Shown: positions 29,542-38,793 of the stretch, piece by piece | Position numbering within the stretch: the stretch's first letter is position 1 | Layout of the letters: each line of letters opens with the position of its first letter | Assembly (NCBI GenBank): GCA_965261085.1 | Contig: OZ253442.1 | Coordinates: forward strand, 4,000,001 to 4,064,000 | Direction: 5' to 3' | DNA from: a bacterium | GTDB lineage: Bacteria; UBA8248 | DNA: 64,000 bases | The notes under the pieces: generated by a model | Told to the model about the DNA's origin: nothing | Databases searched by the model: none | The model's input: only the letters and a program-made list of their open reading frames with translations | Position numbers and translations under genes: made by a program

Positions 29542-31499
29542 TTGAGTTTATCCACATTTTTCTCATAAAGCGCGTGATAATCCGCTATTTTGCTGTCAGT
29601 CATCTCCACGTCGCCGGCAAGGTGAGCGCTCAAGGCTTCGCTTAATTTTTTCTCCATATCATGGAGAATCGGCAGATTTCCCTTGTCTTGAACATCCCAC
29701 TTATGGGCCTGCACTTCGCGCACTACTGTTTTCAACAAGACGGTGATCAGTTCTTTCTTCTTTCTCTGCTTCAAACGCTCATATGTGGAGAGGAAAAACT
29801 TGAATTCCTCCAGTTCCGAATCCAATGTGTAAACCGTATCTTCAATGCCCTGGACGCCATCGCCCACGGCCTCCACATAATTAGTGAGGTCGTCGATACT
29901 CTTTCGGCTGAGCCCAAGCCCGAACTGCCTGTTGAACCATTCGCTCACCGCCCGCAGGGTAGGCAGGCTGCCATTATGAAAATAAGGGGCCGAGAATTTC
30001 GATGAGAGCAGAGTGGGCGTGTCCAGGCCGCCCACGTGGAAGGGCTGGTTCCCTGCTCCCGTGGAGCCGATGTTATGGCGTTTGTGGTCCACGAAGTTCG
30101 CGTTTGGTATGTGGCAACTCGCACAACTCATGCCGCCCATCATCTGCGGAAATTTCCGGTGAAATATCTTCTCGCCCCGAAGCGCCGCTTTGGAAACCTT
30201 CTCGGGGTCGAGTCTTCCGCTTTTTTTCAGTTTCGGGTTCGGCAAGAACTCGAACTCGTTCATATAGGCGATCATCCCGTCCATAATCATCGGGTCGGGT
30301 TCTGGCCCATTGAACTCATTCACGATGACGTTGCGAACGAATTCCCTGAGCGAGGCGAAACGCCCGTTCCGGCCGTAGGGGGCCGTGAAGCGAATCCCCC
30401 GCAAGTCGGGTGTGTCCAGCGGATCGTGCAAGCCGTTGTTGGCGTGGCCGGCGAAGAAACTGTTCGACACGTCCATTCCGCCTTTTTCCCTGGAAAGTCC
30501 CGGGATGAAGAGCTTGGGATTCGTCACCCCCTTGTTGTGGCAAGTGTTGCAACTGACCCCCAAGCTGCGCGCGGGCTCCCCGAATATCTCCGGGCTGTCG
30601 AAAGCCATATCCCCCAAAGCGATGAGAAAGGTTTCCGCCTCGTTCGCTCCACGCACCGCCATTCCGAGAATCTGGCGGGGACGGGGGAGTTGCTTGTTGA
30701 TGTTGGCGCCGGGCGGCAGGCGCCACGGCACTCTAGCCGTTTTGAGGTATGTTTCGCTCGTCTTCGGGCGCGGCAGAAGCCTGTACCACTTCCCGGCCCG
30801 GAACCCGGAAAAATTCGAGTAGAAATAACGGCGGATGAAAGCGGTATTCTCACGAATTTTCTCCAGATTCATCGGCCTTGCGCCGATACCCATCACGCCG
30901 GCCGCCCCGAGGTGGGAATTCGCTTCCAGCCAATGGATTTGCATCTTTTTCCACCCTTTCGGGTCCAGATGCGGCAAGGTCTCGGCAAAGGCCAGAAAAA
31001 CTCTTCGCGCTTCATTTAGATGGTTTTTCACCTCAGATCTCTTTGATCCCGGCTTGATCCGATCTATGCGAGAAATCAGCAACAAAGTGACTCCCCGTGT
31101 CGCCAGGGAAAAGACCAAACGCCTCCCGTTTCGCCGCGCGGCGACCATGTCCGGCTCTTCATCGCCTCTCGCCAAGGGGTGGGCCACACGTCTTCCGGTA
31201 ACCAACTCCTCCGAGAACTTCCTCGCGCCAAGAGGGTCCACAACTTTTAGCGCTTCCTCGATACGCTTCAAATCGAGCCAGACCTGTGGCCAGAACACGG
31301 GATTCAGATTCAAGATGAAACTGGCGCGACGATAACTTTCGGCAACGGGGTGTAATTCTTCGGGGGGGACGATGTGCGCCGAAGCCGGACTGAAATTCAT
31401 CATCAGCAACCCGGCGGCAAGAAGCCACGTCGACATCGCTAAGGAATTTTTCACACGCAGAGCAAGCCTCGCCCCGGGCGTTTTGAGGCCGCATATCAT
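29538..31499 (-). CDS. Exported di-heme cytochrome c peroxidase/MauG-superfamily protein with an N-terminal extension
   Basis: Two CXXCH motifs (CNTCH, CASCH), DTP.L...APY..NG repeated after each heme, Sec-type signal ending ASA-H. Confidence 0.8.
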   Translation of the reverse strand: MICGLKTPGARLALRVKNSLAMSTWLLAAGLLMMNFSPASAHIVPPEELHPVAESYRRASFILNLNPVFWPQVWLDLKRIEEALKVVDPLGARKFSEELVTGRRVAHPLARGDEEPDMVAARRNGRRLVFSLATRGVTLLLISRIDRIKPGSKRSEVKNHLNEARRVFLAFAETLPHLDPKGWKKMQIHWLEANSHLGAAGVMGIGARPMNLEKIRENTAFIRRYFYSNFSGFRAGKWYRLLPRPKTSETYLKTARVPWRLPPGANINKQLPRPRQILGMAVRGANEAETFLIALGDMAFDSPEIFGEPARSLGVSCNTCHNKGVTNPKLFIPGLSREKGGMDVSNSFFAGHANNGLHDPLDTPDLRGIRFTAPYGRNGRFASLREFVRNVIVNEFNGPEPDPMIMDGMIAYMNEFEFLPNPKLKKSGRLDPEKVSKAALRGEKIFHRKFPQMMGGMSCASCHIPNANFVDHKRHNIGSTGAGNQPFHVGGLDTPTLLSSKFSAPYFHNGSLPTLRAVSEWFNRQFGLGLSRKSIDDLTNYVEAVGDGVQGIEDTVYTLDSELEEFKFFLSTYERLKQRKKKELITVLLKTVVREVQAHKWDVQDKGNLPILHDMEKKLSEALSAHLAGDVEMTDSKIADYHALYEKNVDKLK

Positions 31500-31540
31500 C
31501 TTTTCTGTCTCTCCGCAGCAGAAACCATATCAGACAAGAA

Positions 31541-31570
31541 ATTGTATTTCTATCTAAGAAATAAAGTCAA
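31541..31570 (-). promoter_or_regulatory. Sigma70-type promoter with an inverted repeat in the spacer
   Basis: Minus strand TTGACT-N18-TACAAT; TATTTCT-N5-AGAAATA palindrome at 31545-31563. Confidence 0.6.
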
Positions 31571-31698
31571 CCCGTATTGAATAAATTTTCAGGCATATCT
31601 AAATTTAAAAAGAACACCAATATCAATATAAACAAACGCTTCAGGCAGTTTATTGAAAATAACGCATCAAAATTGGGATATTTTAGAGATTCGAGCAC

Positions 31699-31727
31699 AA
31701 AAAACCGGCCCTGAAACAGGACCGGTT
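31699..31727 (-). terminator. Intrinsic terminator after amtB-glnK
   Basis: Minus strand ACCGGTCCTG-TTT-CAGGGCCGGT followed by a T-run. Confidence 0.75.
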
Positions 31728-31852
31728 CTTTGAAAGTGTGAGGTTTCGTTTTTCTAGGAATCGAACTGAAGCCGGGTTCGGAATACTATAAAGTCTCCAA
31801 ACCTATCGTCCCCGCTCCACCATTCAAACGATTCCGCTACGAAACAGATTGC

Positions 31853-32191
31853 CTAGATGGCGCCATCGCCTCTATCTCCAGTGCGTATGCGCACACAATC
31901 TTCCACCGCCTGGACGAATATTTTTCCGTCCCCTATCTGCCCTGAATTCGCCGCATCACAAATCGCCGTGACGATGGCGTCAGCGTTCTCGTCTTGCGTC
32001 AAGATTTCCACCTTGATCTTCGGCAGGAAATCGACCACGTACTCGCTGCCGCGATAAAGTTCGGTGTGGCCCTTTTGACGGCCGAACCCCTTCACTTCGC
32101 TCACCGTCATGCCCGTCACACCGGCATCTCCCAGTGCTTCCTTCACACTTTCCAGCTTAAATGGCTTGATAATCGCCGTGACTAAACGCAT
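31853..32191 (-). CDS. glnK: P-II nitrogen regulatory protein
   Basis: IIKPFKL, GFGRQKGHTELYRGSEY, GDGKIFV; adjacent to amtB. Confidence 0.95.
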   Translation of the reverse strand: MRLVTAIIKPFKLESVKEALGDAGVTGMTVSEVKGFGRQKGHTELYRGSEYVVDFLPKIKVEILTQDENADAIVTAICDAANSGQIGDGKIFVQAVEDCVRIRTGDRGDGAI

Positions 32192-32251
32192 TGTTCATTC
32201 CTCTCAAGATAACAGATGGATTCATTCGGTATAAATCCCTTCACGTCTGAA

Positions 32252-33643
32252 TCAACCCAACCTCTCGCCCGCGTAGGCCTCCATACCGTGCTCTGAGATG
32301 TCGAGACCAGCCGATTCATCCTCGGCGGAAACGCGCACACCCATCACGGCTTTCACCGCTTGCCAAAGGATGAAGGATAAGACGAAAGTGAAGACACCGA
32401 CCGCGATAACACCCGTAAGTTGTTTGATGAAGAGCCCAGCACCTCCGCCATAGAACAAACCGACGACTCCCTTGTCAATGGAAGGTGCGGCGAATAAACC
32501 GAGCGCCAGCGTGCCGAAGATGCCGCATACCAAGTGAACCGAAACGGCACCGACCGGATCGTCTATCTTGATCTTGTCGAGGAACGGAACCGCAACACAG
32601 ACGATGACGCCCGCGGCCAGACCAATAATCACCGCCCCCAGCGGAGTAACATTGGCGCATGGCGCCGTGATGGCGACCAGACCCGCGAGCGCGCCGTTCA
32701 CGCTCATGGAAAGATCGGCCTTGCCGAACATGACCCGCGACGTAAGGCTCGAAGCCACGACGCCCGCCGAAGCGGCGAGGTTCGTCGTTACGGCGATGCG
32801 CGCGATGGCGCCTGCGTCGGCGGCCATGGTGCTGCCCGGGTTAAACCCGAACCATCCGAGCCATAAGATGAATCCGCCCAATGTGACGAGCGGCATGTTG
32901 TGGCCGGGAATCGGTTGCATGCGGCCATCGGACGTATACTTCCCGAGCCGGGGACCGAGAACGATGATTCCGGCGAGCCCCGCCCAGCCTCCAACAGAGT
33001 GGACCACGGTCGAACCGGCGAAATCGAGAAAACCCATTCCTCCCAACCAGCCGCCACCCCAAATCCAGTGGCCCTGGATGGGATAAATAATGGCGACGAG
33101 GAGGAAGCTGAAGATCATGAACGAGGAGAACTTGATGCGCTCGGCCACACAGCCAGAAACGATGGTCGCTGCCGTCGCCGCAAAAACGAGCTGGAAGAAA
33201 AATTTTGCATATAACGGCACGCCCGTCCAATTAAGGGATGAGAAAACGCCCTTGTACGCATCACCCGTGGCCGGGCTGTTGTCCACCCCAGACAGGAGAA
33301 ACCCATTCGTTCCGAATATCGAACTGCCGTCACCGAACATGAGGGCGAAGCCCAATATCCAAAACGCCAGGGACGAGACCGCTACGACACCGAAATTCTT
33401 ATAGAGAATGGCGACGGTGTTCTTCGCGCGACAAAGCCCCGATTCGAGCATCGCGAAACCCGCGTGCATAAAAAACACCAGAAAACCAGCCACCATTACC
33501 CAAACAGTGTCCGCCGCGACTTGTAAATTCGCGAGGCTCTTGGCCATGGCCTTGACATCCTGCGCCCAGCCGCTGCCGGCGAAAGATAAAACCCCCATGG
33601 CGAAGACCAACGTTGCCGTAATGTAGAGATTCCTTCTTCTCAT
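32252..33643 (-). CDS. amtB: Ammonium transporter
   Basis: FMHAGFAMLE, DFAGSTVVH, GWFGFN, IDDPVGAVSVH. Confidence 0.96.
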   Translation of the reverse strand: MRRRNLYITATLVFAMGVLSFAGSGWAQDVKAMAKSLANLQVAADTVWVMVAGFLVFFMHAGFAMLESGLCRAKNTVAILYKNFGVVAVSSLAFWILGFALMFGDGSSIFGTNGFLLSGVDNSPATGDAYKGVFSSLNWTGVPLYAKFFFQLVFAATAATIVSGCVAERIKFSSFMIFSFLLVAIIYPIQGHWIWGGGWLGGMGFLDFAGSTVVHSVGGWAGLAGIIVLGPRLGKYTSDGRMQPIPGHNMPLVTLGGFILWLGWFGFNPGSTMAADAGAIARIAVTTNLAASAGVVASSLTSRVMFGKADLSMSVNGALAGLVAITAPCANVTPLGAVIIGLAAGVIVCVAVPFLDKIKIDDPVGAVSVHLVCGIFGTLALGLFAAPSIDKGVVGLFYGGGAGLFIKQLTGVIAVGVFTFVLSFILWQAVKAVMGVRVSAEDESAGLDISEHGMEAYAGERLG

Positions 33644-33889
33644 ACCCCCTCCTCCGATAAGTTATGGCTATTTTCGAGAATTTACATTCCTAAAGCATCA
33701 TCCTATTTTGTAGGCGAGAAGTATTTCGAGATCGTTTCGACCGTATTACCCGAAAGTTAATAATGCCCACCCCATACCACACCACCTCTGTTTGACAGGC
33801 AGTGTCGAGCGTGTTAGTAATTCCGAAAATTCAACAAAATCTATTCAGAACCAACCCTTTCCAAGAATGCATCCATTCAAGGAGAAACA

Positions 33890-34333
33890 ATGCCTTCAAA
33901 ACAAAAACCCAAGATTCCCGCGAGAGCCCTCAAACGCGGCACGGAACTGTGGACCAAGGAATTTACAGAGCGAATCGGTCATGACATGGCCGAATGGGCG
34001 GATGAGGAATTCATGGAGCTGTTCATGAATTTCTGCTATGGCGGGCTTTATGACCGGGACGTCCTGCCTCAAAAAACCAGGGAGCTTTGCGCCGTGGCCG
34101 CATGCGTCATGGCCAACGCGCATCCACAACTGCGCACCCATATTCAAGCAGCGTGGAACTGCGGGGCGACGAAACGACAGATCATGGAAGTCATTATCCA
34201 GATGGCCATCTACTGCGGGATGCCCTATATGCTTCAGGCGGCTCGAATCGCCGCGAACGAGGTTTTCCCCTTGCTCAAACGCGGAGAAAAAGCCGCTGCC
34301 CCGCCACCGGGTCTGAAACTGAAAGAGGAGTAA
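33890..34333 (+). CDS. Carboxymuconolactone decarboxylase family protein
   Basis: YGGLYDR..L..KTREL, QLRTHI.AA.N.G, YCGMP. Confidence 0.85.
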   Translation: MPSKQKPKIPARALKRGTELWTKEFTERIGHDMAEWADEEFMELFMNFCYGGLYDRDVLPQKTRELCAVAACVMANAHPQLRTHIQAAWNCGATKRQIMEVIIQMAIYCGMPYMLQAARIAANEVFPLLKRGEKAAAPPPGLKLKEE

Positions 34334-34396
34334 CCCGAAACCACGGGCGCCGGACGGCGCCAAACCCAAAATCAAATTCGTGAGGAGTAATTTCTA

Positions 34397-35173
34397 ATGG
34401 CCCGTAGAATTGTAGATTTGAGCGTTCCCCTGCAAAACGCGCCCATGGAGAACAACCCGGCCGCCATCCAGTACGTGAACCACACAGAACTCGGGCGCAT
34501 GCGAGCCAAATCATACGGATTTCCAGACACCAGCTATTTTCCGGACCACATGCACTGCGCAACTGAAAACATCACGGCCATCAGCACGCACAGCGGCACA
34601 CATCTTGATTCCCCTTACCACTACGGCCCCGAATGTGAAGGGAACCTCTCGAAAACAATCGACCTTGTTCCCCTCGAATGGTGCGTAAGCGATGGAGTCG
34701 TCCTCGATTTTCATGACGCCGAGCGCGGCCACAACATCACGCTGGAGGAGACACAGCAGAAAGTGGCGGGCCTCGAAGAGAAAGGCTATTCACTCAAGCC
34801 GATGGACATCGTCCTCATCCGCACCGATCACACCACGAAATATCTCTACACCCCCGATTTTGAACAAACCCATCCCGGCATGAGCGTCGACGCTACAGAA
34901 TGGCTAGTGGATCAGGGAATCAAAGTGATGGGAATAGACGCATGGGGTTTTGACATTCCCGTCTCCAAGATGACGGAACTTAGACGTCAGGGAAACACGA
35001 AAGATTTCTTCGGCAGTCATTTCCTGGGCCGCAAAAAAGAATACATCCATGCGGAAAAACTCATGAATCTCGACAAAATCCCCGAATTCGGATTCACCGT
35101 CTCGATGCTCCCCATCAAGATAGAGCGAGCGAGCGGAGCCTGGTGCCGGGCGGTGGCCATCATTGACGATTAG
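34397..35173 (+). CDS. Cyclase family (kynurenine formamidase-like) metal hydrolase
   Basis: HSGTHLDSPYH, DIVLIRT, GIDAWGFD, EKLMNL. Confidence 0.88.
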   Translation: MARRIVDLSVPLQNAPMENNPAAIQYVNHTELGRMRAKSYGFPDTSYFPDHMHCATENITAISTHSGTHLDSPYHYGPECEGNLSKTIDLVPLEWCVSDGVVLDFHDAERGHNITLEETQQKVAGLEEKGYSLKPMDIVLIRTDHTTKYLYTPDFEQTHPGMSVDATEWLVDQGIKVMGIDAWGFDIPVSKMTELRRQGNTKDFFGSHFLGRKKEYIHAEKLMNLDKIPEFGFTVSMLPIKIERASGAWCRAVAIIDD

Positions 35174-35287
35174 CACGTATCTCTATGAGGTCGAGCCCGG
35201 CGCAGTAGAGTGACTTCTCAAGAAAATATGGTAATATCTCTCGCATAAAACAGTAGTGCGGAAGCCAAAACCTAGAGGAGTTGTTCG

Positions 35288-35485
35288 ATGGCTTTACATG
35301 AGAGCGCAGTGAATCAAGAAATCGTATCAAGTGGTCTCATCCGGCGCATGGAGGCCGTCAAGCCGGCCGTATTGGCGATCGTTTTCGGCATCTTTATCCT
35401 CTACGGCGTGGGCTTCGCCCAACCGCAGCTTTTACATGACGCCGCCCACGACACCCGGCATGCATTCGCCTTCCCCTGCCACTAA
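35288..35485 (+). CDS. cbtB: Cobalt transporter subunit CbtB-like
   Basis: One TM helix, then GFAQ..LLHDAAHDTRHAFAFPCH C-terminus. Confidence 0.85.
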   Translation: MALHESAVNQEIVSSGLIRRMEAVKPAVLAIVFGIFILYGVGFAQPQLLHDAAHDTRHAFAFPCH

Positions 35486-35515
35486 CAAGCCGGGGTAACA
35501 CTTCGCCAGACGATA

Positions 35516-35547
35516 GACGGCGCCTTTTCCCGAGGCGCCGTTTTTTT
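35516..35547 (+). terminator. Intrinsic terminator after cbtB
   Basis: ACGGCGCCT-loop-AGGCGCCGT followed by a T-run. Confidence 0.8.
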
Positions 35548-35557
35548 GAGGAACCGG

Positions 35558-35908
35558 ATGTCCCAGGATAATACGGACCATAGGCCTTGGGGATATTTCT
35601 CTGTATTGGCTGATGAGGTGGACCACAAGGTCAAGCGGATAGTGGTTCAGTCGGGACATCGCCTCAGCCTGCAGCGTCACATGCACAGATCGGAGCACTG
35701 GTACGCCATATCCGGAGAGGCCATCGTCATCCGCGAAGAAGAAGAAATCGCATTTTCCGCCGGGCAATGTATGGATATCCCCCGAAGGGCATGGCATCGG
35801 GTTCAAAACAAAACAGACGCACCCTTCATTTTCATCGAAGTGCAAACCGGCGCCTACTTCGGTGAAGACGACATCGAACGACGTGAAGATGATTACGGAA
35901 GAGTTTGA
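35558..35908 (+). CDS. Mannose-6-phosphate isomerase type II C-terminal cupin domain protein
   Basis: RPWG, LSLQRH.HRSEHW, EVQTGAYFGEDDIER..DDYGR. Confidence 0.9.
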   Translation: MSQDNTDHRPWGYFSVLADEVDHKVKRIVVQSGHRLSLQRHMHRSEHWYAISGEAIVIREEEEIAFSAGQCMDIPRRAWHRVQNKTDAPFIFIEVQTGAYFGEDDIERREDDYGRV

Positions 35909-35930
35909 GAAAATCTCCTCAAAGAACAGA

Positions 35931-35959
35931 AAACACCCCCACCGCATGTGGGGGTGTTT
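35931..35959. terminator. Hairpin between convergent genes (probable bidirectional terminator)
   Basis: AAACACCCCCAC-CGCAT-GTGGGGGTGTTT, perfect 12-bp stem. Confidence 0.7.
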
Positions 35960-35990
35960 GTGCTCACGTCGAGACAAATTCGCCTGAAGG

Positions 35991-37190
35991 CTAGCCTTTG
36001 CGAAGCTGCTCCAGCGCAACGGCCAAACGCTCGACGCCGCGTTCGCATTCTTCCGTCGAGCAAGAATAGGCGATTCTGAGGTATCCTTCGCCACCAAAAA
36101 CAGCACCGTTCACCGTGGCGATGGCGTGCTCATTCAGAAGATAGTCCGCCACCTCGCCCGAGGTTTCCCCAAAGACCTTCACGTTCGGGAACGCATAGAA
36201 CGCGCCCGTGGGTTCAGCCAGAGTGACGCCTTCTATCGCGCGCAGACCATCGGATATCACACGTCGCCGTTTGTCGAATTCGAGCGTCATCGCCTCCATG
36301 GGCGCCTGATCCTCAAGCACGCCACGCACCGCGCCATGTTGAATGAACGTGTTGACGCACACGGTGGTGTATTGACGGATCTTTAACAGGTGGCGGGTGA
36401 GCTCTGGGCTCGCCACCGTCCAACCGAGACGCCAGCCGTCCATGCTGTAGAATTTGGAAAACCCGTTGATGATCACCGTGCGCTCCGCCATGCCGGGTTG
36501 CGAGAAAATACTTGGGGCGCATGGTGCACCGTCGTAGTATATGCGTGCATATATCTCATCACTCATCACCATGAAATTGCGTCGCACCGCCAGTTCCGCG
36601 ATTTTCGCGAGTTCAGATTCAGGAATCGTGCAGCCCGTGGGGTTGCCGGGCGAAGTGAGGCACACGAGTTTCGTCTTGGGCGTCAAAACCGCCTCGATGT
36701 CCTCGGCGCGCAATGCGAAATCGTTCTCTTCTTTCGTCATCACCTCGACGGGAACGCCGCCCGCCAACGCCGTGCAGGATTTATAATGATGCCAATTCGG
36801 CTGCGCGATGATCACCTCATCGCCGGGGTTGACCAGAGCCAACATGGAAACCATGATGCCCTCGTTCGCCCCCGCCATGACAATCACCTGCGTATCGGGG
36901 TTCACCTCTACGCCGGTGTCGATTTCCATTCTGTATGCAATGCCCTTCCGCAGAGCGGGAACCCCCGTACTGGGAGCGTAGTGTACGTCGCCGCGAGAGA
37001 GAGAATCGGCGGCTCCATGTTTGATGTGCTCGGGCGTATCGAAATCCGTGCGGCCGATCTGCCAGTGGATGACGTCGCGCCCCTCGGCTTCGAGCTTCGC
37101 CACGGCGTCGAATACCTTGCGAATGCCCGAAAAGGGAATTTCTTCCAAGCGATCCGCGCCCACGGCCTGGGCGTCAAAAGCAGCAACCAT
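35991..37190 (-). CDS. PLP-dependent aminotransferase class I/II
   Basis: PGNPTG, SDEIY, GFSKFYSMDGWRLG, YLRIAY. Confidence 0.92.
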   Translation of the reverse strand: MVAAFDAQAVGADRLEEIPFSGIRKVFDAVAKLEAEGRDVIHWQIGRTDFDTPEHIKHGAADSLSRGDVHYAPSTGVPALRKGIAYRMEIDTGVEVNPDTQVIVMAGANEGIMVSMLALVNPGDEVIIAQPNWHHYKSCTALAGGVPVEVMTKEENDFALRAEDIEAVLTPKTKLVCLTSPGNPTGCTIPESELAKIAELAVRRNFMVMSDEIYARIYYDGAPCAPSIFSQPGMAERTVIINGFSKFYSMDGWRLGWTVASPELTRHLLKIRQYTTVCVNTFIQHGAVRGVLEDQAPMEAMTLEFDKRRRVISDGLRAIEGVTLAEPTGAFYAFPNVKVFGETSGEVADYLLNEHAIATVNGAVFGGEGYLRIAYSCSTEECERGVERLAVALEQLRKG

Positions 37191-37507
37191 CTAGAATCTC
37201 CTTACGAATGAAAATGACAATAAAAACAATAATTCCAAAGCACTGAAAACCGCAATTGAGGTCGCCCGTTATAGCTTTTGAGGCTTGAAGGCGCAATAGA
37301 GTTCTCGCCCTAGATTCCCCACGATATCAACCAGCTACTTTCTGTTTTTTCGAGTTTGATATGGAGTCAGCAATTCATGGCGAGCAGGGGTGAGATCTAA
37401 GGCTACTGGTCTCATGATTGACCAACTCGCGTGTTATACTTTTGTGTCCTGGCAGCATCTTGCCACCAGCGGGTAGAGTGTTGCCGTCTATCCGACTGTC
37501 CGGAAAC

Positions 37508-38296
37508 CTAGAGCAAATCCCCTTGCAGGACGGTCACGGCCTTACCCCCCAAGACGATGCGATCTCCCAGAATTCTAATGCGCACCACTCCACCTCTCGC
37601 GGAGGCCTGACAGGCCGTGAGTTCTTCTTTTTTGAAGCGCCTCGCCCAGAATGGTCCCAGGCAACAATGAGCAGAACCCGTCACCGGGTCCTCGTTTACG
37701 CCAACTCCGGGTGCGAAAAAACGAGAGACGAAATCGTACTCAGGATCATCCGCTTGCGCCGTGACAATGCAGCCGCGCATGGAAACTGTCTGAAGAAGCT
37801 GAAAATCTGGCTCCAGTGCCCTGATCGCCGCCTCCGACTCGGCTTCCACCAAGTAATCGAATTCGCTTTTCCCCACATAGCGAGGCATAAGACCGAGACC
37901 TTCCACCAAGGCCTCAGGAGGCGTGGCGGGTGATTCCCGGGTAATGGGAAAATTCATTTCTATCCATTCATCTTTCTGCTCACAGGTCAAAACCCCGCTT
38001 TTCGTGTGAAAGATGACCGTCTCATCGGAACCGAGATGCCCCCCCTCCCAAAGAACATGGGCGCTCGCAAGCGTTGCATGGCCGCAAAGGTCCACTTCAC
38101 TCACGGGTGTGAACCAGCGCAGGCCGTAGCCATCTTCTTGTTCCACCACAAAAGCGGTTTCAGAGAGATTCATCTCTCCCGCCACGCGCTGCATCCATTG
38201 CGCATCCACTTGCGCCGGGAGGATGCAGACAGCGGCCGGATTGCCCGAGAAGGGCGTATCGGTAAAAGCATCCACCTGGACGATGGGAAATGACAT
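37508..38296 (-). CDS. PhzF family isomerase/epimerase
   Basis: VDAFT, GNPAAV, NLSETAF, EVDLCGHATLA, EDPVTGSAH. Confidence 0.93.
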   Translation of the reverse strand: MSFPIVQVDAFTDTPFSGNPAAVCILPAQVDAQWMQRVAGEMNLSETAFVVEQEDGYGLRWFTPVSEVDLCGHATLASAHVLWEGGHLGSDETVIFHTKSGVLTCEQKDEWIEMNFPITRESPATPPEALVEGLGLMPRYVGKSEFDYLVEAESEAAIRALEPDFQLLQTVSMRGCIVTAQADDPEYDFVSRFFAPGVGVNEDPVTGSAHCCLGPFWARRFKKEELTACQASARGGVVRIRILGDRIVLGGKAVTVLQGDLL

Positions 38297-38322
38297 GGGG
38301 TCTTCTCGCGGAAAATAACGGG

Positions 38323-38793
38323 TCAGAATCGTTTGATGACGTCGCCCGCGCGAATGGCGCCTTCGCTTAAAACCTGCGCGTTCAGCCCCGAGCGGTTTAT
38401 CAGGGCATCATGTAATCCATCTATACCCAACAGATTTTCGAAATACTTGCATGGCTCGTTCAGGCGAACGCCGCGCATCCGCACGTCACCCACCTGAAAT
38501 TCCACGCCCACCAGGTGATTGAGCGGAACGCCTCGCGTCACGATGTTTCTCCTGCTCTGGCCCGCGTCGAGTTGGATGTCGTGATCGCGCGCAAGCGCTT
38601 CGATGGCTTCTATTTCGATGAGCGTCACTTCCCGATCCGGCCCCTGTTTTTTGGAATACGTGCCCACACCCTCGGCATAGCGGTCTCCCGCCAGGCCGGA
38701 CCCTATGCACGCCTGCGCCTGGGCGATCTCCATCATGGGTTCACCGCCCACCGAGGCGATGTGAACCGAGACAACCTCTCCCTTAAAAGTCAT
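38323..38793 (-). CDS. MOSC domain protein
   Basis: GLAGDRY, REVTLIE, RRNIVTRG, EPC, SGLNAQVL..GAI..GD; ATG 38793 overlaps the upstream stop. Confidence 0.88.
   Translation of the reverse strand: MTFKGEVVSVHIASVGGEPMMEIAQAQACIGSGLAGDRYAEGVGTYSKKQGPDREVTLIEIEAIEALARDHDIQLDAGQSRRNIVTRGVPLNHLVGVEFQVGDVRMRGVRLNEPCKYFENLLGIDGLHDALINRSGLNAQVLSEGAIRAGDVIKRF

Noticed and set aside
33644-33889. Sigma54 promoter for amtB
   Set aside because: No convincing TGGCAC-N5-TTGC match on the minus strand.
35174-35287. Cobalamin riboswitch upstream of cbtB
   Set aside because: The region is too short and no B12-box is recognisable.
37418-37933. 171-aa plus-strand ORF
   Set aside because: Mostly antisense to the PhzF gene; no recognisable domain.
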